Assembly: GCA_050613775.1 (NCBI GenBank) | Contig: JBODTK010000014.1 | Location: 496,001-560,000, forward strand | Direction of reading: 5' to 3' | Length of the DNA stretch: 64,000 bases | From: Neocallimastix sp. 'constans' | Lineage: Eukaryota | Shown: one piece after another, positions 31,523-44,600 of the stretch | Layout of the letters: each line of letters begins with the position of its first letter | Numbering within the stretch: position 1 is the stretch's first letter | Program-made: the position numbers and the translations under genes | The notes under the pieces: generated by a model | What the model was told of the DNA's origin: nothing | What the model saw: only the letters and a program-made list of their open reading frames with translations | Databases searched by the model: none

Positions 31523-34500
31523 TTAATAATTATAACATGAACTAAAGTTATTGAAAAAAAAATCTTGAAATAAAGGGTATGTTAGATGGGAATCATGCAT
31601 TTCTCAATGTGGTTTATAATTATTTTAAAATAAAGATATACATTTTTAAGATATTCTATACAATTATAATAAAAATTATAATATATTATTCAATTATTTA
31701 TTTATTATAAAGAGTTGCTATTAGTTAATTTTTTGTTACATTCAATTTATATATTAGAACATTGTGGCTAATAAATTACATTAAATATATAACATTTTAT
31801 AATAAACTTTACTTTCATTTTATTACATTCCCCCTTAAATCTAATTGTTTTACAAAAGTTAGATTTGCTATCGAATATGTGTATTATCCAATTATATTTA
31901 CTATTTTATCTAATGCTAAATTTCAAATTTATACAAGCCTAAGTATATTCTAAATTATATTCGAACTATAATATTTATTACTTTAAACATCAATAAGTCT
32001 TCATATTATTGGTTTAATTATATTCAAGCTTAATTAATTATGGATTGGATACTTTACCGTATTTTACACCATCCCTATACTGGTTTCCTTTTAGGTCTTA
32101 TGCCCACCCAAACAAAAAGACATACAGCTATTCTTTTGGTTTTACGCCTAACCCTGTGAAAACTCATGACCTAATCTTTTTAGTTTTTACATCACTTTTG
32201 ATCCCTTACCATTGATAACTCATATGGTTAACCTTCAATAATTTTACGTCACTTAAAGTATTGACTATCTATTTGGATTTACACCATCTTTACTAAATTA
32301 TTTACTTGAATTCTTGATAAATAACTCTTATATTAATGCTATTTTTTAGTCCATTAAATTTAATTCACATATTTTGATAATATGACTAAAATATATATTA
32401 CACAATAGTATAATTTATATTTTAAATTTTATCTATTAATATTTTCTTACTAAATATTGTATAATTTACTATAAATTTTATAAGGGTTAGGGATTTGTAT
32501 ATTAATTACTATGATTCCCTTAATAATTCTTTATAATATGTATAAAATTTTTATTTTATTATGACTTTATTGCCATAATCATTTGTTGTAGCTATTTAAT
32601 CATTTTATTGAGTACTGAAATTTTTAAATTTCTAAAAGTTTTTAAACCAATTATATAATATTATTTCTGTATCCAAGTAAACTATCATAAGTTAATATTT
32701 CAACTAAACAATTATTTATTATTCTATCTATTAGGTATAGTTCCTTTAGTAAAGGGTTAATCTAATTAATAAATTTGAAATTTTTTTTTTGATATTCAAA
32801 ACATTTCTTTCTATTCCGAATCTTGTTTCTTGTTTTTCTTCTTGGCATCGATTTTCCGTAAATCTCGATAATGTATCAGCAAGAATATTATTTTTTTTTA
32901 ATTTGAATTGAATTTATACAAATTTAGATAATCATTTTTCGATAGATGCTATGGGGAAAGTGCAAGATATTATATGTCTGAGATCCCATACAAACCAATA
33001 TATTGTTATATTATATAACAATGTAATAATATAAAGCATCTAATTTAGAATACCTTAGAATAGGATAAAATTAAAGGATTAAAAATTTAACATATAAAAT
33101 TAAAATAAACCGAAATCTACTTTAATAGATAAAATTATATTTACATATCTAATTTTATATAAAATTAAATTATAAAATAAAAAAGGAAGAATCATGAATG
33201 ATGCTAATGAATATTCCATATATAATCCCAAATTTTAATTATTTAGTTCTAATTTTCCAGTGAAGAAAATTTTCTTGTCCATAATGGAACATTTTCGTTT
33301 AATAAAGGGTATGTAAAAATAGGAAATGAATAGTTTCCTTTTATATTAATGTATTTAAATACTTGAGATAATTAAATATCTGTAAAATTTTGAAAGTAAT
33401 CTTATTAAATTGCAAATAAATTTGTAATAAATTGTATTACAATTAATTATGAAACCTTATTAAAAGATATATTATTAGCAAGAGATTGAAATATCAATTA
33501 AAAATATTTTTTTAAAAAATTTAAATTTTAAATCAATTAATGTTTATCCGGTATATCTTCAATAGTTGATGTATTCATTTCCTTACACTTTTATGAATCT
33601 ACAACATTTTTTTTTAAAAGAAATTTCCATTTATTTTATTACAATATTTTAATACATTTTATTTTTTTTTATATTTCCATAATCTAATATATCAGACAAG
33701 TGTTCATAATTTCCTTAAGTTTCCTCTCCCATTGAAGGAATGTAATCTTAAATTCATAATTAAATTATAAATATATTTTTGTTTTTTGAGTTGCATCCTC
33801 GATCTAGTAAATCTCCCTAAAATTTAAAATTATGTTTTTTTAAAAGTTAATTTAATACTTTTTTAAATGTTTATTTTTATTTTTATTTTTTTTTTTATTT
33901 TAAATAAAAAAATAAACATTTAAAAAAAATTATTTAAAATATATTTATTAAATAAATAATTTTTTATTTAAATGTAATATATTTATTTATTATTAATTTT
34001 TTATTATAGATCTCCTAACCATTTGAACAAAAATTGTATTTCCACCAACCAATTTTTATTAGTTATCAATAATTTTTTTTTTTTAGCATAATTTTTTATG
34101 ATCGCCATATGTCAAATAAGCTGATCGCAATTTATTTTTAAATCACCTGAAATTACTTTTCAAAATAACCCTTCAAAATTCTAATATTCACTCAATCCAA
34201 TATATTAATTATTTTTTTTCATGTGCCATAACACCAAGAAATAATTAATAAAAATTTTTTATTATAATACTAAAATTGTTGATTAAAATATTCAGTTACA
34301 ACTTTAATTTCAAAAATCCTCCTTGTATTTTTCTTATATCTTCCTTTATATAAAGAGCTAGAACATTTTATGGGTATATATTCTGAAAGAACTCTGAATT
34401 ATCTATAGAACGGTATTAAAATCATGCTCCTAACTTTGAATATTAAAGGAGTAATGATCATTTGAAAATGAATACTGATTATCTATTAAAAAATACATAC

Positions 34501-35465
34501 AATGAAGTAATAATTTTTTATATGACTCAAATAATTCATTTTATTATTAAATAACAATTATTATTTCGGAAAAATTTTAAGTACTCTTCTTATTATTAGA
34601 AATATCTTTTTTATTATAATTACTATTTATATTTATATAGTAATTTTTATATTTTAGAATATCCTAAAATTAGTCTATTGATAGTCTTAAAGTCATTATT
34701 CTAAAGCAAAACAATATTAAAATAATTCTAAACAATAATCTTAATATAAATAATAATATAAGCATTTATATCTCTAGTTTTAGTCATAATAAATATTATT
34801 ATTAGTTTAGAGTTATTATATTATATAATAGTATAGTATTAGAATATAGAGTATTATTTGATAATCATCAATTAAAAAAATACGAATTAAATAGTTATTA
34901 GTTAAATTATAGAATATGTTATTTGATGTAAAATCTAAATAGCTTTTTTAAAAATTCTCTAATTAAAATATTTTTAAGGATTAGATTATAAATTATTAAA
35001 TTAAACATTAGTTATTAAATTATAAACATTAAATGTTAAGTATTAATTAATTATCTAACTAATTATAACCTTTATTAATTAATAGATAAAAAATTTATAT
35101 TTTAAATAAAATAAAATAAGAAAGTTTTCATAAAAACAAATATTAAGATATTCTTATAAAACATTTTTGTGTTTAGTATATACATAATAATTGTTAATTG
35201 ATTACAATTTTAATATTAAATAAAATTTTTGAAAGGGTTAAAAATTTTATTAGAAAAAAAATTTAAATTAATTTTTCATTTAACCTTTAAATTAAAAATT
35301 ATAATTAAATGTGTTCTATGAACCTGTAAAGATGTGATTATTCCAATCACATTTTAAATTAAAAATTTTTCTTGTGTAATTCAAAAATATAAAATAAAAA
35401 AAAAAAAAAAAATATAAAATAATAAAATTAAAAAAAAATAGAAATAAATGAATAAAATAAAACGG

Positions 35466-35752
35466 AAGTCCAGTTTCCCACCTAGCCCGTCCTAACCGCC
35501 TCCACCGTAGTTCTTCCAGTCCTCCATACTAAATTATAAAAAAAAAATTAGGTAATTAATAATTTACAATTCTATTTACATTATTTTATTTTTAAATATA
35601 TATTTTTTATTTTATTTTATATTTATACAATTTTAAAGTCCAGTTTCCCACCCAGCTTGCCCTAACTGCCTTCACCGTAGTTCCTCCAGCCCTTCCAGAC
35701 GAAACCAGCCGGGTTAAGGGTTAGGGTTACTCCATACTAAATTATAAAAAAA
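35466..35752. repeat. GC-rich direct duplication (about 80 and 115 bp); the second copy carries telomere-like GGGTTAAGGGTTAGGGTTA
   Basis: AAGTCCAGTTTCCCACC..CACCGTAGTTC..CTCCATACTAAATTATAAAAAAA at 35466-35546 and 35636-35752. Confidence 0.85.
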
Positions 35753-38525
35753 TCATTTTTATAAAATTAAATTCTGAGAAAACTATTGTTTTACAACGAT
35801 TTAAATTAATTGATTAATGTTTAAAACAAAATAAATTATTAATTTATTTTGTGAAAATTAAGTTTCAAATTTTAATCATGACTCTTTTAACATTGTTTTT
35901 AAATTGAAAATAAATAAAGATTTTACTTTTAATATTAAAATAATAAATAGATAATAAATATACTTAATTTAAATTATTTAGTATTTAGTTTAATTATATT
36001 TTTCTAAATTTAGCTATAGTTTATAAATTTGTTATTTAATAAAATTCATTAGGATAGTTTTATATTAAAATATATGTAATTTAAATAAAATAATATTATC
36101 AATGTATTTAGGAAAAGTATAAATAGAAGATACTTTTCTCACATTTTTTCTCAATGCAATTGTTATTGAACAAATAACTATTAATAAATATTAAAATATT
36201 TTTAAAACTTTTTTTAATAAAATAAAATTTATTGTGTCTTTTGTTATTGTAATCTATTTTAGTATCTCCTTTTACACTAACTTTTTCATAATGAATATAA
36301 ATTAGCTAAAAACCTTCCACCTCCCCCCAAAAAAACTTAACATCATGAATATCACCTAGTACAATATGACTATTTAAATTTGGATTTTTTTTTTTTTTTA
36401 AATTTATATAATATGCTTTAGAAATCCAAATAAATCTTGAGTGTCTTTAACGAATTTTTTTTTTTTTTTTTTTTTTTGTTTATTTTTTCTAATTTTATCG
36501 ATTCTGTTGATTGTTTTTAGGAGAGATAATTAGTATTATTTTTAACTTTATATACGAGATACTCAAGTTCATTTGTAGAAAAGGTTACATTATTCAAGTT
36601 TACAGAATAGGTTGCATTTCTTTAATTATTTTAAAAACGAAAAAATTATTATTTAAACATTCATCTTTTCTTATTCCGTAAATATGTAAGTTGTTCTAAG
36701 TAAATAACTACGCCATAGTTAAGATTTATTTTTATTTTTTAATTAAGAATTTAAGTTCATAACTCCTTGGAATTCAGATGGTTTATGTTGAATCGTTTGT
36801 CAACTTCATATGATTATAAGCAATTCATAAGTCAAGAAAGAAAATATATAATACTTATGAAGTGGTGATGCAGCTCGTTAGAACTAATTTCATTAAATGG
36901 GGGAATTGAGTAATACTTAGCAGTTAGTATAGAATTTATAATTATAAATTATAGCAATTAAATACCGTTCGAAAAGTTCCGTTCCAACAATGCTACAGGC
37001 ATGGCTTAGTTGATCAGCTGTTTCAATTTTCATATTGTTAAGAAGTTCTTCAAAATTTTTTATGGTTAACCCTTCAAATTTTTACTGTAAGCCATTTTAA
37101 ACAATTTGAACTTTTTTAGAATTGGAAGACTATCTAAATCTTCTTCTTTATATCTTCGTTTTTAAGTTTAATATTCAACTCGCCTCTGTCAAAAAATTAT
37201 TTTTTTCTCTGGTAGTGTAAGAAATATTGACAGGTAGAGCTGTGATGGTATATATATTGTTTGGAGGGGATTGTTGTTGTTTTATTGTTGTCCTTTAATT
37301 TAACTAAGGAATATTATGAATTGCTTGAATTCATTCCTTTCTTATGATCGGTAAGAAGGAGTAAAATCTTTTTTTTTTTTTTTTTTTGTTCACTTAAAGT
37401 AATTTTCTATCTGTTTTAAAAGAATTTTGTTACTTTTTTTTATATATATATTGTAATTCTTCATTTTCTTGAAATTTCGGCAGAGAAGGATTATAGATTG
37501 AGTCACTCTCCGATGGCGTAAAAGATTATGTAAATTTTTTTTTTGGTGTTAGTGGAAAAAAAATTTTGTTAATATCAATTCATTATCTAAATTTAATATT
37601 ATTTTTTTTTCCATGGGGTTTTCATTTAGTGTTTGGTTGTGTTAATTACTTGATTTTCACGATTTCTTCATTTCTTCAATTATCAGATGATTTGCTTTAT
37701 TCGGTCTGACAATAATTCCACGTAGTATAATTAATTTAGTAATAGGATTTTTGCAATAGTAAATAAGTCTTTATTTTCCCTTGGTGAACCTTGGTGATGT
37801 CTTGTTTATATTGAGTGGTTCATGGGCTTTGTATATGATAAATATCTCTGTTTTTTTAACGACCTAAACCAAACTTTTAATATCAATGTTTGGTTTTTCT
37901 GCGTCATAGCGAATTTCAATCTCGATAATGTCAATTCTATTTTCTTCAAATTCTTATAAGTATGCGTTGGGTAATTCTGAACTTTAGGATATTTCTTTAT
38001 GAATTCATTATATGATAGATATGGAAACCATTATTATTTCTTTATTTGTTTTAAAGTCGCATTTTTATTTATTTATTTATTTATTTTTTATTATTTTTTT
38101 TTAATGGTTACTTATTATAACTTTTAATTGATATCACTTCCATTTTTTTTCCTATTTATTATTCTTATTATTATTATATTTTTTTTATTGCTATTTGGTT
38201 CATTTTTAGGTAGATGGCCATTATTGTATTATTCTTTTTTTTTTTTATTATGATTATGTTTAAATTTCATTGTAAACGACTTTTTGGACTTTTTTGCTAT
38301 TTATTCTATTACTATTTTTTGGTAAAAGATCTGTTATATTTTCAGTTGGAATAATGGTTTGATTAAAACTTCTTTTCTTATTCATTATTCTTAGTGAGAA
38401 TTCGCCACCCCTTTGGTCATGTTGTGAGGGCCCTTCCTGTTGAAACCAACTGACGACAGCCTCCCAAACTTTGGAAACAAAAAATTTGATCAAGATATAA
38501 GTCTAGATAGGAAGTTCTTTCTGGT

Positions 38526-39547
38526 AAAGGGGGGGTTGTGATATAAAACAAATATGTGTAGCAACATATTTGTATATTTAATAATAATTATTAAATATTA
38601 AATTTATATCTCTTTTGTCAATAATAATATTTGAAATAATTTCTTATTCAATATTTATATATATATTATTCATTATAATATGAAATATATTAAATATATT
38701 AAATTAAATAGTTAATTTCTTCTAAATATATATAATAAGAATATTATTATATATATAACTTAAATATTCTTATTTATTTTAAAGTTTATATTAAAAATAC
38801 ATAATATTTCTATATATTATAATATAATGAAATAGTTTTAGTTATTTTAATTATAATTAAATATATATATAGTTGATATTATTTATTATATTCATATTTA
38901 TTATATAATTATATTCTTATATATTTAACTTTATTATTCTTATTTTCATTTTTAAGAATTATATAGTTATATTTATTATATTTATTATTTTAATATATAT
39001 TTATTATATATTATACTATACTCCGATATAATATATTTTAAATGTATATTTATTATTATTAATATTTATTAAATTATTATAAAGATTTCTAATAACTACT
39101 CTTCCTTATTGTAATTTAGAGAAGACCCTTGGCTAATTGGGTTTATAAATTAAAATATATTAATAAAGGTTAAAATTAAATATAACGATACTATTAAAAA
39201 TTAGTAGCACATAAAAGTCCCGTATATCAGTTGTAAAGGTGTGTGTTGAGGTAAATTTTTTTTTTTTTTTTTTTTTTTTTGATGGGCTGAAAAGTTTTTA
39301 TGAGGGAAGGGAGGAAAAAAAAATAGAACACTTCCTATTCTTTGGTATCCAATCCTACCTATAAATCTTAAAATAAGCAATTTTTTTTTTTCAAGATGCT
39401 CTTCACAAAATGAAGAAGTGGAGACTGTGTAAATATAAATGGAAGAGAAAGAGATGAAGTAGTAAACCGAAGAAATCACTTTTCTTGCCTATTCAGTGCC
39501 TGGAGTCCTCTGGAGTATCTTAGAATCTTATGATATTTAGATCAACA
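38526..39547 (+). mobile_element. Probable PPT plus about 1 kb LTR of another retrotransposon relic
   Basis: AAAGGGGGGG (38526-38535) is followed by TGTGATA; a possible end is ..ATCAACA at 39547. No partner LTR or target-site duplication seen. Confidence 0.4.
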
Positions 39548-39859
39548 TTATTAAGAAAAATTAATAACAATACAATAAATAATTAATTTTTTAAATTTCT
39601 GACAAGAAAACTTTAAAAGTTATCATTAATAATTCATATAATTAATAAAGCTAAAAATTATTCTTTTCCGTTTAAAAAAAAAAAAAATCAGAGTTAATAA
39701 TTTTTTTTTTATTAAAGATAAGTTCTTAAATTTATATTGTATGCAACTTTTATATAAAAGTTTTCTAATTTATTATATAATGCTTCATATTTATTCATGA
39801 ATTACTTTAAATTATGTAATTTTATTTATTACTAATATTTCACTCCTCAAAAAGATTTT

Positions 39860-39860
<1 letters not shown>

Positions 39861-39950
<90 letters not shown>
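39861..39950. repeat. (TAA)n microsatellite
   Basis: About 29 perfect taa units. Confidence 0.9.
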
Positions 39951-41702
39951 TTTATTTTGCAAAGTATAATTAGTTTGAATATTTTTGAAAAAAAGTATTA
40001 TATCATGTTTATATAAAAATTAATTTTTTATATTTTATTTTATTATGTAAATGTAATAATTACAATTTGAATTTTATAAAAGTAAAAAATTTTTATGAGA
40101 TATAATATTTTTTTTAAATTATAAAGTTCTTAATTTTAATAAAATTCTCCAAAAAAAAAATTAATATATTTTTTATTTATATAAGGTTTTAACCTTATAA
40201 TAATAATAAAAAGAATAACTCTTTCAAAAATAAATTGTATTTGTTATTTTATTTATTTATTATATAATCTGGGTTTTCAAACATATACATGCTTTTTTAT
40301 AATAATATTTTATTAATATTCCTATATATAAATGATAATTATTAAGTTAATAATAGCATTAAATACTTTTTTCATTGATTACTATAGAATTAAATGATAT
40401 AAAATTACTATACAAATATTAAATATTTTAATATGGTCAATTATTTTTTTTAATTTTTAATTCTTTTATATTTTAAATAAATATTAATTATACAATTTTT
40501 TTTAATATGCCCTATATATAAAGTAAATATATGAAGTATTATGAAAAAAAATTTTAATGTCTAAAATATTTAAAATCTCATTAATAATTAAACTTATTTA
40601 TATTTATTATAATAATTATTGTTATTTATTTAAACATTAAAATTTTAAACGCCACATTTTCTGAAATGTACTTTTAGGAAATTCAGCACACTATCATAAA
40701 AATATATATTCATAAACGCTTAATATATTAGTTACATATTATTTAACATAAAAAAAAAAAAAAAAAAAAAACAGAAAAATGAATGATTCGGAATTAAAAT
40801 TATCCTTAAATAAGTAGGAAAATTACTATTATTTTTTGGTAAGTGTATCATTTCGTAATGTTACTTCACATGATTCATAGAATCCTTTATTATTTGTTAT
40901 TGTAATGTTATTATAAATGGCGTATATCTTATATATAAATATAAGATAATACGCCATATAACTTTATAAAAAACAAATAAATTAAAATGTTAAAACATAA
41001 AAAGTTAAAAAAAATATTAGTTTTTATATAAATAAAGAGCAAACTTTATTCTTAAGAGCATTTAAAGAATACTTTTTTTATATATTTTTAATAATATTTA
41101 AAGAATATTTTTATTAGATATTTTTAAGAATCTTAAAAAATTTTATTTATATTTTTATTATATAAAAAACATTAAGACATATAAAACTTTTAATTTTTGT
41201 ATTTATATTAAGAATTTTTTTTTCTCTGTTTTTCTTTAAGAATATCTTATTTTTTGTGAATATTTAAAGATTATCTTGTTTCTAACTAAAGAGTAAAACT
41301 ATAATTAAATATTTTTATATCAATGGATTGTATCTTTTATTTAAATTATTATACATTACATTTTATTATATTAATCCTATATTTCCATATTATAACATGT
41401 CCATATGATTCTTTGGGACATAATATTTAAATTATTTTGTATATAATCACTAACAAATAGTCTCCATTGTTGTTGTTAATATATATATATTCACATTCGA
41501 TATGTATAAATATACGCAAAAATAATTATACTTTAAATAATATGTTTTGTGGTTTAACAAAAATCGTTGTTTAATATGTGATTCTTTCTTAAAGAACGAT
41601 TTTCATTATAATTTAAAATTTCAATTTATTATTTTTTTTTTCTTTGACATAATATTGTGTCCAGTATATGATTATTTTGCTAATAATCTTTTTTAGAGTC
41701 AG

Positions 41703-42592
41703 ATGAGACTCTTAATCTGTTAAGAGTCATGAATCTAGGATTTATAAATATGTCAACTTTATTAATTTATTTTATGATAAAGAGTTACTAGCACTTAATT
41801 ATGATTTTTATACTATTACATTGTGACTTATATTTAAACAAATTAACATTACATTTTTTACATTAATCTCATATTCACATATTATAAAAACATATTCAAA
41901 CAATAATATTATTAAATAATAAATAATAATAAAAAACTGTAATAATAAATAATAATAAATAATCATATTAATAAATAATAATAAAGATTAATAGTAATAA
42001 ATAATCATATTAATAAATAATCATATTAATAAATAATAATAAATATTAATAACAATAAATAATAATAGTAATAAATAATTATAGATAATAATAGTAATAT
42101 TAATAATTATAATAATAAATAATAAATAATATATAATAAATAATAAATAATTAATAATAAATAATAATAAATAATAAATAATAAATAATAAATAATAAAT
42201 AATAAATAATAAATAATAAATAATAAATAATAAATAATAAATAATAAATAATAAATAATAAATAATAAATAATAAATAATAAATAATAAATAATAAATAA
42301 TAAATAATAAATAATAAATAATAAATAATAAATAATAAATAATAAATAATAAATAATAAATAATAAATAAATGAATAATAAATAATAAATAATAAATAAT
42401 AAATAATAAATAAATGAATAATAAATAAATGAATAATAAATAATAAATAATAAATAATTGAATAATAAATAATAAATAATAAATAATAAATAATAAATAA
42501 TAAATAATAAATAATAAATAATAAATAATAAATAATAAATAATAAATAATATATAATAAATAATAAATAATATATAATAATATATAATAACA
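41703..42592 (-). mobile_element. Possible relic 5' LTR and tRNA-Lys half-type primer-binding site of a second copia family
   Basis: ATGAGACTCTTAATC (41703-41717) directly followed by TGTTA. A possible far end is TAACA at 42588-42592; that boundary is uncertain. Confidence 0.45.
41940..42590. repeat. (AAATAAT)n heptamer array
   Basis: Long near-perfect 7-bp periodicity; source of the spurious YYLLFII ORF. Confidence 0.92.
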
Positions 42593-43846
42593 ATAATTAT
42601 TTAATAAAATTTTATATAAGAAAGTGTAAACTTTTTAAGTTGTCAATCAAACTAACGATCAATAAAATGAACTTAAAATAAAGTGCAATCAAAACTTGTG
42701 TTGACTGACACTAACTTCTATTTAAATAATGTCATCACTAAGAATATAAAAATAATATAATGATATTCATTCTTAGTCGTAATAATAAGAACATTTGAAT
42801 ATATAGATATGTATAAATGTATCAATGTATAATAAATATAATAAATATAAATATATAGATATATAAATGTATAAATGAGTAATAAATATAATAAATATAA
42901 ATATAAATATAAATGAATAAATATATAATAAATATATAATAAATATACAGATATAAATGTATAAATGTATAATAAAATAATATTCATTATTCAATTCTTG
43001 ATTTTCATTAAAGTTGCACTTTAAAATAATTTTAATTATTTATCATTTTTTTATTATCAGAAATTATTTTTTCTATATATTTATATTTAATATATATATG
43101 AATACAAATATATTTATATTTAATATATATATGAATACAAATATATTTATATATTTGTATATATTTGAATATAAAATTATATATATTTATATTAAATCAA
43201 ATTTATACATGAAAGTATATTTATATACAATGAAAATATATTTATTTACATTGAACACAAATTTATATACTAATTAAAATATATGAACAAATAAACATAA
43301 TATAGAAGTAGGATATATGATTATATGATATGACGAGAGTAAAGTAGTAGGATATATGATATGACGAGAGTAGAGTAGTAGGATATATGATATATAAATA
43401 AATTATATGAAAACATATTTATATCTAAATATGTAAATAATAAATATATGAATTTAAAGTTAAATACTTGACTCTGTCTTTATATACTTTTTCCAAATTT
43501 TTTTTCTTTTTTTTTTAGTACATAGAGAATAAAAAAATTCTCTATGTACTCCTTTAATCCAAAAGTTTCCTTGCATAATACTATTCATGCTTATTCTTAT
43601 TTAATAATTTGGAAAGATCAAAAATGTTTTAATTAATATATATATGAACTTTAATTAAAATAAAATAAAAATAAAGAAAATTGTATAAAAAGATTAAAAA
43701 GATCATCCTTCCAACTGACCTTCATATATTATTAAAAAGAGAAAAAAAAGAATATTAATAAAAAAAAAAACATATTAAACACTAATATATTCTAATTAAT
43801 TAGAAATATTTATTTTTTAGATATTTAATATGTCACTATACACAAC

Positions 43847-43883
<37 letters not shown>

Positions 43884-44021
43884 GAATGAAAAGCTTAAAT
43901 AAAGAAAAAAAAAAAAAAAAAGATACAAAAAACATAAAATTATATAAAATAAAAATTATATAATAAATTAATATTAAATATATTTTAAATACATATTTAT
44001 ATAAATAAAACATAATAAATG

Positions 44022-44057
<36 letters not shown>

Positions 44058-44179
44058 GATTATAACATTTTTCTTATAAATTTCTATATTTATATATTTA
44101 CGGAAAATAAAATAAAAAAGAAGCAATTATAAAGTGATGTAAATCATAAATAAAAACTTTTTTTATGATATTATATAAA

Positions 44180-44600
44180 TAATATATAATAAATAATAAA
44201 TAATTAATAATAAATAATAATAAATAATTAAATAATAAATAATAAATAATAAATAATAAATAATAAATAATAAATAATAAATAATAAATAATAAATAATA
44301 AATAATAAAATAATAAATAATAAATAATAAATAATAAATAATAAATAATAAATAATAAATAATTAAATAATAAATAATAAATAATAAATAATAAATAATA
44401 AATAATAAATAATAAATAATTAAATAATAAATAATAAATAATTAAATAAATAATAAATAATAATTGAATAATAAATAATAAATAATTGAATAATAAATAA
44501 TTGAATAATAAATAATTGAATAATAAATAAATAAATAATTAAATAATAAATAATTAAATAATAAATAATAAATAATAAATAATAAATAATAATATAATAT
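44180..44600. repeat. (AAATAAT)n heptamer array, second copy
   Basis: Same 7-bp unit with AATTGAAT variants. Confidence 0.9.

Noticed and set aside
31560..34500. Patches of more complex sequence that might be a DNA-transposon relic
   Set aside because: No sustained reading frame, catalytic motif or terminal repeat could be identified by eye.
30050..41717. tRNA-Lys genes at the two GAGACTCTTAATC matches
   Set aside because: Only the anticodon-arm portion is present, with no acceptor stem or T-arm; both abut a TG, which fits primer-binding sites.
42021..43277. Ile/Tyr/Leu/Phe-rich ORFs resembling membrane proteins
   Set aside because: Translations of heptamer and other AT-rich repeats.
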